Origin: Gracilinanus agilis | Taxonomy: Eukaryota | Direction of reading: 5' to 3' | NCBI RefSeq assembly: GCF_016433145.1 | Contig: NC_058130.1 | Span: forward strand, 74,996-138,995 | Length of the DNA stretch: 64,000 bases | In this document: positions 37,339 through 50,920 of the stretch, piece after piece | How positions within the stretch are numbered: the stretch's first letter is position 1 | Layout of the letters: each line of letters opens with the position of its first letter | Position numbers and translations under genes: made by a program | Notes under the pieces: model-generated | Told to the model about the DNA's origin: nothing | What the model saw: the letters and a program-made list of their open reading frames with translations, nothing else | Databases searched by the model: none

Positions 37339-37412
<74 letters not shown>
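37339..37412. repeat. (AGAT)n / GATA microsatellite abutting the gap
   Basis: About 18 perfect AGAT units, left end hidden by the gap. Confidence 0.97.
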
Positions 37413-39104
37413 CCTTCGAATCATGAAGACCTGGGTTCAATTTCTGTCTCTGACATTTACCAGCTATGTAGCATGAGAAAGGAAACAAATTCTCAGTGCT
37501 CCCAAGAGACATTTTGAGACTTAATGATCAGGAGAATTATGGGGAGTGCTTTGGGGAAAGCCTGGTCCCTTTGAAACCACAAGTTCTAATAATATTGACA
37601 ATAATAATAGCTCACATTTATATACTTTCCTTATGAATACCCAAAGGGAAAAGTGGCATAAGTAAGGCTCAGAGAAATTAAGTGAATTACCTAGCATCAC
37701 AAAGCTAGTAAATAAGGGAGGCTAGATTAAATCCAAAAATTAAACCCAAAACCTTTTTTTATTGTACCACATTCTGGCCACAAAGTTGAAGGTCCCAATT
37801 TAAGCATTATCTCCTCTATTGGAGCCTTACTAACTATCCCCAATCCCTCCCTTCCTCAGGTAAAAGTGTTCTTTCCTTCTTCAAATTTCTTTTCTTTGCA
37901 TTTCCCAAACTCCCTTTGTATTATAGTTATTGGAATCTTCTTCTTCCCCAGCCTTCCCACATCTACCTTCCCTTGGAAGAGACGGTTGAGGCTTGAGAAG
38001 GTTTCAGTTCTGCCTTTATCTTACAGAGAGGATTTAGAGGATTGACTATTGACTGACCAACTCTACATCCACATCAACATTTATTTTAAATACTAATAAT
38101 AGTTGACATCTATATTGTACTTTAAGGTTTGTGAAATACTTTACAGACTTTATTGCATTTGATTCTCACAACAAGTATCCTTGTGAAGTAGATACCACAA
38201 TTGTTATCCACATATCAATTGGAGTTAAGCAAAATCAAGCTCAGAGAGGTTCAGTTATTAACCTCAAGTCACAAAGCTAGTGAGTATCAGAGATGAGCTT
38301 CCAATCCAAGTCTACCTTCATTCTCTCCATTTCACAACATTAACAAATTAACCAGATGCTTAAGTACTATGATGGTGCTCCATGGGCATTTCTCCCTCCA
38401 AATATTATTATTATATGATATATATAATCATATTTAATATAATAACTATTATATATCCCCAGCCCTTTGCACAGAGGGCTAATGCAGTACCTGACATATA
38501 GGCAGTTCTTAATACATGTTTGGTTGTTGAATTTGAAAAGAACTTCTAAATATCATTGTAGATTCATTGATCCTAAGCAGATGGAATGGATCAGAAAGGG
38601 AAAGAATTTATTAAGGGCTTACAGTTTGCCAAGCACTGTATTGACCACTGACAATGTGAAAAGAAAAATGAGGCTATCCTTGCTCTTCAAAGAACTTACC
38701 TTCTAGTTGGGGAATAGAACACATAGAGAAGAGATAGACTGCATGATAGATGGAACCACCACCTGATGATCCTTAGGGTACAAGAGCTCAGGGAGAGTAG
38801 GGAGCCACTGCAAGGCTCTGCCAACTTATTGAAATGATTGTCTCCCAGCTTATTAAAAGGATGTAATTAGGCATACCCAGAGGCAGATTTAGGACCATCT
38901 GAGGAAAGGAAGATATTGGTGGAAATTTGGGATAGAGGGTGTCAGGTTTGGGAGAAGGGATCCTGTACTAGTCTAGTGGACCTGTCTAAAAGGTGTCAAA
39001 AGTGGATTCTTCTGTAATTTCAAAGGTCATGAAAAAGAAACATTCGAGAACTAGATTTCACTATCTAAAGTCAATACTAGTTCTGACCAACAGAGAGCTA
39101 TAAG

Positions 39105-39225
39105 GTGATTTGTTGTTTAGCCATTCAGTCATGTCCAGTTCTTTGTGACCCAATGAGTCATAGCCATCCATGAGGTTTTCTTGGTGAGGATTGGTACTGA
39201 AGACCTTTTCCAGTGGATCCAGGGG
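39105..39225 (-). mobile_element. RTE-type 3' tail fragment (~)
   Basis: TTGTTGTTTAGCCATTCAGTCATGTCCAGTTCTTTGTGACCC..GGTTTTCTTGG, the RTE/MAR1 tail on the minus strand, without a CORE. Confidence 0.6.
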
Positions 39226-40236
39226 ATCCTTTTAAAGTGATAGTTAATATAAATTGTGGATAGCCCTCATGGAAAATTGTGTTTGTATTTATATTTTGAT
39301 GTTTTGGCAACAGGATATATGTATAGTTAAGCAGCTCTGACTGAATATCAAGAAACCTGGGTTTGGGGGTCTAGATGTACCCCTGTATGACCTTAGACAA
39401 CTCAATTCGCACCTCTTACCCTTGTTTTTTCTCCTCTATAAAGTAAAGGGTTTAGAGGAGAACAATACTATAATCATGGAATTTGATCCTAAAACAAAAT
39501 AATAATCTCACACTGGATAGGTCTGACTGGTCAGCTTCCTCACCCAGTCTCCTTGTTCAGCAACTTCCATTCCAGGCCCCCTGCTTCATGCTGACAATGG
39601 ACTGAATCACTTCTTAGACATCTGCTGAGCTGATCTGAAAAACTGCTGGTGCCAACAGAGAATAGCCTGGATTTTAATTTGTATGAGATCTTAACAACCT
39701 CTTCTTTTTGTAGAGGAGAAAGAGAGGAACAGAAAGATAGAGTGACCTCTCCAAAGACACACAGGTCACACAATAAAGAGGAAAGCCAAGCTTCAAATCT
39801 GTAGCCTCTCATCCTTAACTCAGGATTCTCTCTAATACAATTTGCTGGTCTACACTAGAGGCAGGAACATCATTTTACTTTGGCATGAGTCCTCTTCTAC
39901 CTCTGGTTCTGCTGGAGTAAATAAAGATGCTATTTATGTCCACAGAAGCCTTAATTAAGCAAGATAAATAGCCATGTCAAGAAGAAAAGAGCTCCTTTCC
40001 TCTGGGTTATCTCCAAATTCTCAGTATCCCTCTAAGTTTCAGAGACACAGGGGACTGATGTAGTCCTGACCAGTTCTGAGGAGCCTTATCAATATGCTTG
40101 ACATTGTCAGTAAAAATAATGAAAGAAAATTACATCTGCTAATTAAATTATAGAATGTTAGAAATGGAAGGGACTTAGAGATGTCTAGTGTAAAGCCCCA
40201 TGTAGACATGGGGCAATATAGTATAATGGATGCATA

Positions 40237-40238
<2 letters not shown>

Positions 40239-40285
<47 letters not shown>
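40239..40285. repeat. (AC)n microsatellite
   Basis: About 23 perfect AC units. Confidence 0.97.
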
Positions 40286-40288
<3 letters not shown>

Positions 40289-40727
40289 GTGTGTATATCT
40301 GTATATCTTGAATGTAAACAGGATTTAAGTCAGAGAGCCTGCATTTGAATCCCTTTTCTTCTATTTACTGCATGTGTGGCCTTGAGCAAATTGTTTTTTT
40401 TCTTTAGATCTCGGTTTTCTCATCTATAAAATGAATTGGTTGGTCTTTAAGGTCCCTTCCAGCTCCAGATCTATGATCCTGTGTACTGAATAGCTATGAG
40501 ATCTTAATTGAGCAACTTAACCTCTGAATTCATTTTTTCCCTCTGTAAAATGGAACAAACAAATATTCTACCTATTTCATACAGTTGTTGGAAGATCAAA
40601 TAATATACTATTTTTTTAAATATGGTATTTGAAAACTATAAAGCACTATGTAAAAGTGAAGTATTATCATCATATAAATAGCATCATCTTCCAAGAAAGT
40701 CATGTGAACCCTACATAAGTGACTTCT

Positions 40728-40975
40728 TGTTGTTATTCAGTCATTTCAATTATGTTTCACTCTTTGTGACTCCATTTGGGGTTTTCTTGGCAAAGGTGAT
40801 GGAATAATTTGCCTTTGCTTTCTACAGCTCATTTCCAGATAAGTAAACTGGGGCAAACTGTGCCCAGGGTCACACTAGCTAGTAAGTATTTGAAACTGGG
40901 TTTGAACTCAGGAAGACTTGTCTTCCTGACTCCATGCCCAGCAGTCTATCCATTGGGCCACCTAGCTGCCCCTAC
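40728..40975 (-). mobile_element. MAR1 SINE (~)
   Basis: TTGTTGTTATTCAGTCATTTC tail through GCCACCTAGCTGCCCC head. Confidence 0.85.
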
Positions 40976-43730
40976 ATAAATGACTTCTGTTTGCCAAGTC
41001 AATGATAGCTTAGGGAGCATCTAGTGGTACTTCTTGGGACAGTGTAGAATTATAAGGAAAAAACAAACTGGGTCCAAGTCCTTAAGGAAGTTAGGAATCT
41101 AATGGCAACTAAATTAAAGCCCTTAAAGTTCCCAAAGGGCTTTACATATGTGATCTCATTTAATCTTCTCAAAAACCCTTGAAGATAGGCACTATAGGCA
41201 ATGTCTCCATTTTACAGATGAGGTAGCTGATGTTGAGAAACATTAACTTATTTGCCTAGGGCAGCATAGGTCTTAAGAATCAGAAACAGCATGTGAACCC
41301 AGGTTTCTATGAGTCCTAGCCCAGGCCAGTGTCACCTGCGCTATCTTACCTTGAAGGCAGTCATATTGAAGAATAGACATAAAGACTTTAAAATAATCCA
41401 TGTACTCTGCACTAAGGTATGAAGGAGTGGGTGGAGTGATTAGAGTTAAAGAAGGCTCCTTTGGAAAATATTTAGTTTCTGTGCTACCTTGGACAGGTCC
41501 CCTTCCTAATCTTGGGTCTCAGTTTTCTCCTTTAAAAATGGAGTTAGACTAGATGGTTTCAAAGAACCTTTCTAGCTCTGTGTATTTGTGTTCCTAATGT
41601 TCCTCTCCCATAACCAGCAGAAAAATACCAGAGAGGAGAAAGTACTGACATTATACACAGGACAAGGATAAGGACTTTGGATCGGGACAAAGTTGGGCAA
41701 TATGAGGAGAGGCATCCCCAGTCTTCTGACTTTTATATGTCTTCTCCTTCATTGGCTCTCCACCCTCTTTTGGGATCTGCTGTCCTCAGTTTTCTTACAA
41801 AAACCCTTCCTTTCCCTTTTAATTGGAATCAGAGCCTTAATATAACTAATCACTAGTTGGGGGGAGGGGAGGCAGTCTAGGATGCTCTCTCCCATTAAGA
41901 AGCTCCAGCTCTGGGCTTATGAGGACTGGATTCAGTCCTGAGGGCTCCCCAAAGGAGGCAATAATGGCTATTCTCAAATTCTCTTCCTCATTGTGCCTCC
42001 ATCTCTTAAACAAAGGTTAGTTTGGGTTAATGTCTTGGATCTCTGAAAAAGGTATTAACAGGAAATGTAAAATGCATCAACAGGAGCTTTCTAAAAAACT
42101 ACAAAATATACAAAGTATATGTATGAGGTATAGAACAGTTACTAATTTGCTCCACCACGAAAGAAATGTACAAAAAACAAAAACACAGAAGATTTATAAA
42201 CACACACTGACAAATATTTAAAATGGGAAACATTACATGCTACTGCTGCTTGAGCACTTGACTTTCACCTTGGCTTTGCACTGTCCCAGTAATTCATTCA
42301 AAGGCTATCTTTTCCAGGAAATATGGCAATAGCTGGGGCACATCCTTCTGCTAGTAGTCATTTTCTCCTTGAGAAAGACATAGCTGATGAAAGCACCTCC
42401 TGCTGAGCCCTCTCATGACTCCAGATCTCTGAGCCCAGATGGAGCTAGAAAATAACCATATCAGGATAGTTGTTGGTCCTCTTTTCTCAGGGAAAGAAAC
42501 ACAAGCAGAAGGGGAAGTCAGAGACTTGGGTTTCGGGCTCAGTTTTGTCTACATCAATATATATGCTCCATCCAATGTGTGAACAATCACTAATGCTTCC
42601 AGGGAGAAGAGAGAGAAGAAATCCCACTAAGTCTAAGGGAGAATATTTGGAGTCCCAAGCCATACATTCAGAAGAAAGAGCTGTTGCTTTTAAAGTACAC
42701 TGAGTGAACAGAGCTTGTTGCATTTTTGACACAAATTATCCTTGCCCCATCACTAACACATGAGAGATGGCACTTGGGGACAAGCCAGAAACCTGTACTT
42801 ATGCATGACCTCTATTAAAAAGCCAAACCATTTTTCAGTGGAAGTGGCCAGGGTCTCTGAGACTAAAAACTCCTCCATGAGAAATACCCTGGCCAAAATA
42901 TAGACATCATGCCAGAAATGGCCAGGGTATCAGCTTATATCCATGGAATGGACACTATTAAGTTAAAGGAATGGTATACAAAGAGCTTTAGATGGAAATG
43001 ATTTAAAGGTTTATTAGCTTCTATTCTATCCTCCAAAAGCATAATATTTTCACAATTAGAAGGGGTCTTAGAAATCATTTTATTTTTTTTAATTCTACAG
43101 AAAGGGAAACAGAGGCCCAGAAAAGTTTAATGACTAGTTCAAATTCACCCAGGCAATGAGGCAGAACAGATCTGTACCCAAGTCTTTTGACCCTATTTCC
43201 AGCACTCTGCCCCTGTCTTACTACCAACATTGCTTCATCGCTTATTTTATGGTGGACATTTATTGGAGAAGGCATTTAACTATCCCAGAATTCAGTTACC
43301 TCCTTTGTAAAATGGGAGTGGGGAGGCTTGATGACCTCTGAGATTCCTTCTAGTTCCTCTGATCCAGAACCAGTGGAAAGAAAAGCCAATCAACCTCAGG
43401 AGCCTGGATAGAAAGGGAATGACATCAAGGCTCAATCAATCCCCTATTTATATAACTGACAGTTACTTCCTTAAGGAGGAATGGCAAGGAGTTTTTAATG
43501 CTCCTATAGGCAGAAATAGCACCCTTGGGGATTGGTGAGGGGCTTAAGGTATGAGTAGGTGTAAGGATGCATTCTCTACCTCCCCCCATACCTTTAACAA
43601 AGAACAACCAGTGCCAGTTTTAGCATATAAAGAGAGGGCTCAGTCTATGTTCTTGCTGTTTTTAAATGAAGGTTCATTACTTCAACAATGAATTTTTAGA
43701 GCTCTCCAACCAGTGCTCTGATAGGTATGG

Positions 43731-43732
<2 letters not shown>

Positions 43733-43767
<35 letters not shown>
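43733..43767. repeat. (CT)n microsatellite
   Basis: Direct reading. Confidence 0.95.
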
Positions 43768-43773
<6 letters not shown>

Positions 43774-44336
43774 ACAATGGTGCCATCTTGTGACTAATCT
43801 AGAGAATAACAGCAAACTGTTCATCTAATGTATAAACGTAAAACTAAATTATAGATAAAATTCATTCCATTTTCATTCGTTTGACAGGCAAGAAAGAAGG
43901 AAACAAGCATATGAGCATTTTTAGTCATTTACTATGTGCCATGCACTGTGTTAAAAGCTTTCCAAATATTATCTCATTTGGTCCTCATAACAACACTGAG
44001 AAATAGATATTTTCAATTTTTTACAGTGAAGGAAACTGAGGCAGACAGTGACTTGCACAGGATCACATAGCTAGTAAATATCTGATCTGAATTTGAACTC
44101 AGATGTTCCTGACTCCAGACCCAGCATTCACTGTACCACCTAGCTGCAGGACTTTAAACATTCTTCAGATGAAATTCTGATGTCTCATTGAAAGAATAAA
44201 GCTCACTGTATTGTTTACTCACTGTTTTACAATGCTGAATGGACATAATATTCCCCAAATACTCGTTAACTAGGGCATTGTCCAAAAGAGGGTGTTTTTC
44301 AGGATTCAAAATGTAAGGAAAGAGGAAATATTTTAT

Positions 44337-44530
44337 GGGCTTCTTAACCTAGAGTCTGTGAGCTTGTTTTTAAAAAATATTTTGATGGCTGTCTTTCAAT
44401 ACAATTGGTTTCCTTTTTAATTCTAGGCAATTTATTATATGCATTTAAAAACATTATTCTGAGAAGAGGTCTACAGACTTTACCAATTTGCCAAGAAGAA
44501 CCTTGACAGAAGAAAGATTAAGAACCTCTG
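44337..44530. mobile_element. hAT/Charlie-type MITE, degraded
   Basis: GGGCTTCTTAACCT ... AGATTAAGAACCTCTG decayed TIRs. Body homologous to 921-1104. Confidence 0.65.
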
Positions 44531-46065
44531 AATAAACTATATTTGAAAGTATTGTGAAATGTATATATATACACACACACTTATATATATAAAGATCCTA
44601 AAGGCAGTACTAATCTCCTAGTGCCTGCTCCAAAGCCCTCCTTCATCACCCTCTTATTGATTATTTGAAATAAGCTTCTATACTAATTTCATACTGCAGG
44701 CCCCAGGAGCAGCTAGTGTTACATACCTCAGAGCCTCACCTCTCATCCCCATGTCTGGATACTAAATGCAGCAAACACCACAGGTGATGAGCTCCAAGCT
44801 AAGGAAATGGAAGACCCATGCTCTAGTTTCAACTCCAGCTACTTAATGGTCTTTGACTTTGGACAAGTCATTTCCTTTCTCTATGCCTCCGTTTCCAAAT
44901 CCACCAAATGAGACAATCCATCAAGAGCCTATGTGCCAAGAATTGTGCCACATACTGGGGGTGCAAAGACAAAAAATCTCTGCTGTATAGAGCTAATATT
45001 CTTTCGTGTTGCTGATATGCACAATAATAAGCACATTGCATTTACGAATACATTTCTCTTTCTAAATAAATATAAAATATGTGGGAGGGACATAAGTAGT
45101 TGAAAGGATCAGTAAAGGTTTCATGTAGAAGATGGTGCTTGGGCAGAGTTCTGAAGGAAATCCAGCATTCTAAGAGGTAGGAGATCAAAAGAGAATTCAT
45201 TCTAGGCATGTGTGTACTCCCAACTTAAGAAGGGAGCTTTGGTGAGAATATATTTGTGAATGCTCTTTGAAAATGGTGGGGGAAAAGTGTAATAAGAAAC
45301 TAGTGAAGAACTACATATGGCATTTATAATTTTCCCCCAAATAGTTGTAATGGTATCTTCACACTTGTTGTTTAATAGAGGTGGCTAGGTAGCATAGTGG
45401 AGAGAGATCTGGGTCTGGAGTTAGGAAGACCCAAGTTCAAATCCAGTCTTGGAGACTTACTAGCGATGTGGACCTGACCAAGTCAGTTAATATCCATTTG
45501 GCTCAGTTTCTTTCGCTATCAAAAGGGATTAATCATGTCACTGGCTTCACAGGAATTGTTGTAAAGATCAAAAGACATATTTGTAAAGTTCTTAGCACAA
45601 TGCCTGGTACGAAGTAGACACTTAACAAAATGCTTTTTTATTTCGTTTTCCTTCCTTCTCTAAGAAGTTCTTATCCTCAGAGTAATCCCCTGAGATAGAT
45701 GCTAGTGATTATGGGGTTCCAATACAGGTTATTAAATGTGCTTAGAATGAAAGAAATCTGCCTAAAAAGGCATGGGGTTCCAGAAGTGTAGAATTTTAGA
45801 GCTGAAAGAAAACTTAGAGATCATCTAACCTAACCAACCACTTCATTTTACAGATAAGGAAACTGAGGTCCAGTGCTCTGTCCAAATTTCCATGGCACTT
45901 AGTGGCAGGACTAAGACCAGAACCAAGGTCACCTGACTCCCCAGCTGAAGTTTATACCACTTCACTATTCTGGCCATGTCTGCAGTTATATGTTAAGTAT
46001 AAAGGTAGTAAGTAGAACCATTAACTAGGATTTATTTTGCACTAGAGCAAGTGCCACAAGGGATA

Positions 46066-46280
46066 GCTAGGTGATACGATGAATAGAATGTCAGACCTGG
46101 AATCAGGAAGACTCATCTTCCTCATATTTGGTGAGGCCATCAAATATGGTCTCAGACACTAGATGTATGACCCTGAGAAAGTCACTTAACCCTATTTGCC
46201 TCAGTTTCCTAATCTGTAAAATGAGCTGGAGAAGGGAATGCAAATCATTCCAATATCTTTGCCAAGAGGAACTCAAATGA
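46066..46280 (+). mobile_element. MAR1 SINE (~)
   Basis: GCTAGGTGATACGATGAATAGAATG head, CORE and ATCTTTGCCAAG tail. Confidence 0.8.
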
Positions 46281-48460
46281 TCCACATAAATCATTGACAT
46301 TTCTCTATACTACCAATAAATTCCAATATTTTAAAGAGATAGAAAGAGAAATCTCATTTAAAATAAATGTAGACAATATAAAATACTTGGGAGTCCAACT
46401 TGTAAAGACAAACCCCAAAAACTATAAGATAGCATTACTACAAAAAACTTTTCACATAAAGTCAGATCTAAACAATTAGAACATTAATTGCTCATAGATA
46501 ATGTCAATATAATAAAAATGGCAATTCCAGCTAAATTTAATTACCTATTCAGTGCCATACTATCAAACTACCCACAAAAATTATTCCATAGAGCTATAAA
46601 ATATTGGCCAAGAATATCAAAAGAATTTTTTCTAAAAAATACAAAATAAATTGGCCTAGTTATACTGGATCTTAAACTATATTATAAAGTAGAAATTATC
46701 AAAACAATCTGGTACTAACTAAAAAAATAGAATAGTGGATCAATGGAAAAAATTAGGCACTCAGCAAACAGTAGTAAATTGCTGTATTTACTTAGTGTTT
46801 GACAAACCCAAAGATCCAAGTTTTTAGAAGAACTTACTCTTGGGGAAAAAAACTGCTGGGGAAACTGGAAACCAACATGGCAAGAACTAGGCACAGACTA
46901 GCATCTCAAATGATATACCAAATGCAAAGTCAAGTGGAAAAATGATTTTAAAACAAAAGGTGACACCATAAACAAATTAGAGGAACATAGAATAGATTAC
47001 CTGTCAGATCTATGGATAAGGGAAGAATTTATGTCCAAACAAGACATAGAGAACATTGTGAGATGTAAAATAAATAACTTTGACTAATTAAATTTAAAAG
47101 GTTTTGCACAAACAAAATCAATGAAACCAAGCTTCAAAGAGAAACAACAAAATTGACAAAAAAAGTTATAGCAAGTATCTCTGGCAAAGGTCTTATTTCT
47201 CAGTCAAATTTATAAGAATACAGGGGGCAGCTGGGTGGCTCAATGGATTGAGAGCCAAGCCTAGAGATGGGAGGTCCTAAGTTCAAGTCTAACCTCAGAC
47301 ACTTCCTAGCTGCGTGACCCTGGGCAAGTCACTTATCCCCCATTGCCTAGCCCTTACCACTCTTCTGCCCTGGAGCCAATACACAGTATTAACTCCAGGA
47401 CAGAAGGTAAGAGTTTTTAAAAAAATTATAAGAATACAAAACTTTCCCCAACTGACAAGGTCAAAGAATATGAACAGGCAATTCTTAGATGAAGAAATTA
47501 AATATTTCTTTAATAATATGAAAAAATATTCCAAATCACTATTAATTTTGAAAATGCAAATTAAAATAATCCTGAGGTGCTACCTTACATCTATCAGACT
47601 GATTAATGACAAAAAAGGATAATGATAAATGTTAAAGGGGACATGGAAAAATTGGGACACAGATACACTGTTGGTGGAGCTATGAACTAATACAATCAGT
47701 TGGGGAAACAATTTGGAACCGTGCTCAAAGAACCATCAAGCTGTGCATATCTTTTGATCCAGCAATACCACTTCTAAGTCTGCATCCCAAAGAGAACAAA
47801 GAGAGGAGAAAAGTATCTACTTGTGCAAAAATATTTATAGCACCTCTTTTTGTGGTGACAAAGAACTGGCAACTGAAGGGATGTCCATAAAGTGGGTAAT
47901 GGCTAAACAAGTTGTGGTATATGAGTGTAATGGAACACTATTGTGTCATGAAAAATAAGATGATCACAAAAAAAAAGAAAAACCTGGAAAGACTTATATG
48001 AAGTGATGCAAAGTGAAATGAATAGAAACAGGAGGACACTGCACATAATAATAACAATAAATTACAATGTCTACTGTGAATGACAACTATTATGAGCAAT
48101 GCAAGGATCCAGAACAATTCCAAGTGACTCATGACATAAAAAGGCTGTCCATTACTATAGAAGAAGCTGATGAACTCTGAATGCAGACTGAAGCATGCCA
48201 TTCTTCACTTTATTTCCTCCAAAATTTTTTTCTCTTCTGTAAGCAATGCATGTCTTCCCCTTCTTTCACAGCATGATGAACATGGAAATATGTATTATAT
48301 AATAACACATATATATTCCATATCATATTTTCTGCCTTCTTGGGGATGGAGCAGTGTTAGGAGGGAGAGCAAGAATTGCAAAATGTCAGAAGGTGAATAT
48401 TAAAAATTATATCAATATATAATTGGGGAAAAAATAAAAATTTTAAAAGAAATAAAAAGA
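46281..48460 (+). mobile_element. Decayed L1 (ORF2 3' part + 3' UTR), interrupted by SINE1 (~)
   Basis: L1 ORF2 remnants (IKYLGVQL, KYSKSL.I..MQIK..LR.YLT) with many stops and frameshifts, then the 3' UTR and an A-rich end. Confidence 0.9.
47223..47425 (+). mobile_element. Opossum SINE1 nested in L1
   Basis: Full head to tail with perfect 13-bp TSD TTATAAGAATACA (47210-47222 / 47426-47438). Confidence 0.95.
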
Positions 48461-48635
48461 ACTGGTACAAAACAAATAATAATAATAATTCCTTCTACAT
48501 TATCAGTCAAACTTTGCTTGAAGACTTAACATAATGAAGAGCCCACTATCTTCCAGGACAGACCATTCTTCTTTTCAAAAACTTAAATATTTAGAAATTT
48601 TTTTCCGTATGTGAAGCTTAAGTTTACCTCTGCAA

Positions 48636-49045
48636 ACCAGAACATTGTACACAGAAAGTAAAACATTGTGAAACAATCCAATGTAATGGACTTTGCTACT
48701 AGTAGCAATGCAACAAGCCAAGACACTCCTGAAGGACTTATGGGAAAGAATGCTAACCACATTGAGAGAAAGAACTGTGGGAGTAGAAATGCAAAAGCAA
48801 AACATATGACATCACTTATCACATGTATACATGGGTATGTGATTTGGGGTTTGGGCTGTAAAAAATTACTCTATGGCAAAAATGAATAATATGGAAATAG
48901 GTATCAAGTGACAACATTTATATAACCTAGTGGAATTGCTTGTCAGCTCTGGGTGGTGGAGAGGGAAGAGGGGAGGGAAAGAAAATGAATCACGTAAATA
49001 TGGAAAAAAAAACTTTTTTAATAATAAATAAATTTTAAAAACATT
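48636..49045 (+). mobile_element. L1 3' UTR fragment inserted into an L3/CR1 remnant (~48520-49200)
   Basis: Perfect 13-bp TSD TTTACCTCTGCAA (48623-48635 / 49046-49058). L3 antisense sequence is continuous across the insertion. Confidence 0.85.
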
Positions 49046-49709
49046 TTTACCTCTGCAACACTGACCTATTGCTCTAAGTTTTGACATTTAGGCCTAATCA
49101 GGATAAGTCTAATCCTTCTTCCTTGATAGAACTTTTCAAATATAGCTGTTATGTCTCTGCTAAATCCCACTTTTCCTCAGTTAAATATCCCCATTTTTCT
49201 CAAAGCAGGACATCAAAGAATCCAATTTGGTGTGGAAGATCTGGGTCCAAATTCCAGCTTTATCACTTAGTATCTGGGTGGTTTTGACTTTGCTCAAATC
49301 TCTAAACCTCTCTGAGTCTCAGTGTTCTCAACTGGGAAATAAGGAGAAACGGACTAGATAAATTCTAAGGTCTCTCCCAACTCTAACTTCATACACTTTT
49401 GAATGCCCTCATTTTATAGATAAGAAAGGTGGGACCCAGAAAAGTAAACTGTCTTAACCAAGGTCACAAAAATTTACAGAACCAAGATTTGAATCCAGGT
49501 TCTCCTCCTAATCTGATATTCTTGCGAAACAAGTTGTAAACTATAAGTCAAGGAGATATTTATTTCCATCCTTACATATCAAAAATACATCTTTACAGTT
49601 TCAGTTTGTCCCTCTCTTAAAGCCAATGATAGGCTGAGTTATAAAGTATTTGGAACCCCCAGTGTCTCATTCTCATTTCTTGGTTTTCTCTTCCCAAACC
49701 CGTCCTGTT

Positions 49710-49880
49710 CTTTCTCTCTCTCCCTCTCTCTCACCCTCTTCTTCCCTCTCCCCCTTCCTCCCTTCCACTTCCACCTTCCCCCCTTTTTCTGTTGCCCTCT
49801 CTCTCTCCCATCTCCACATATATATACATATATATGTGTGTGTGTATATGTATTCACACATACAAACATGCATACACATA
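49710..49880. repeat. Pyrimidine tract followed by (TA)/(TG)/(CA) low-complexity repeats
   Basis: Direct reading. Source of several spurious ORFs at 49639-49992. Confidence 0.9.
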
Positions 49881-50659
49881 TATTGTGTACTATACTAGGC
49901 CACTGCAGAAGATGCAGAGATTAAAGAAGATATTTCTCTTACCCTGTGGATCCTACCCATACTGCAGAGGAACATGTCCACTTATAATCTAGCACTGTCC
50001 TCCTAATAAAACAAGTAAGGGCTTTAAAAAGTCATTTATCCTCATTTATTAATTGGTTGATTAAACTTGATTGTTACTTTTTTATTATGTATCCCCAGTG
50101 TCTAACAGTGCCTCTAGTATTTATAAAGCACTTCATAAATGCTTGCCCATTTATTGTGTGCATGTGTCTCTATCTACTCCCTCCCTTATGCCTATTTATA
50201 TTTTAAACCTAATTTCTAAATGTAGAGTGAAACACTGTTGTTTACAGAATTTTAGGCATCATAAAGCAAATGGATTTATTTTGAAGGGACAAAGAAACCT
50301 CTAAAATTGAATGTTGAAGCTGAAGAGGACCTTGGAGATCCCATAATCCAATCTCCTCATTTTACAAATGAAAAGGCTGAGGCCACCATCTTGGCACTGA
50401 TACTAGAAATGTGGCCAGCACCATGGCTAGGGACAGCAGTGAATTTAGTCTGAGCTGAAACTGGAGTAATATGCTATGCTAATATTACCCAAATATTTTA
50501 GAAAAAAGTCCCATTATTAGCAGTACCTGGAATATTTAGGTAGTGTGGCACTTTTTTTTTGCCTTCAGACAATTTAAATTATTCACAGAGCTAAAGTCAG
50601 CATCTAGTAAGTCTATACAGCTTGGAAAAGGGCCCTCTTGTATTACCTAGAAGATTTAT

Positions 50660-50905
50660 TGTTGTTGTTTGATCATTTCAGCAGTGCAGTGTCTGACTCT
50701 CCACAGAGATTTCTTGGCAAAAAAAACTGGAATGGTTTGCCATTTCCTTCTCCAGCTCATCTTACAGATGAGGAAACTAAGGCAAATAGAGTCAAATGAC
50801 TTGTGTAGGCCACACAGCTAGTAAGTGTCTGAGGTCTGATTTGAACTCAGGAAAAGAGGTTTTCCTGTCTCCAGACCTGGCACTCTATCCACTGCACCAC
50901 CTATC
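50660..50905 (-). mobile_element. MAR1 SINE (~)
   Basis: GGTTTGCCATTTCCTTCTCCAGCTCA tail, CORE and CACTCTATCCACTGCACCACCTA head. Confidence 0.85.
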
Positions 50906-50920
50906 AGTCTCTGTCTAGAA

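Noticed and set aside
36618-37512. Longest ORFs in the track (268, 242 and 170 aa)
   Set aside because: They run through the N gap and the GATA repeat (IYLS repeats), so they are artefacts.
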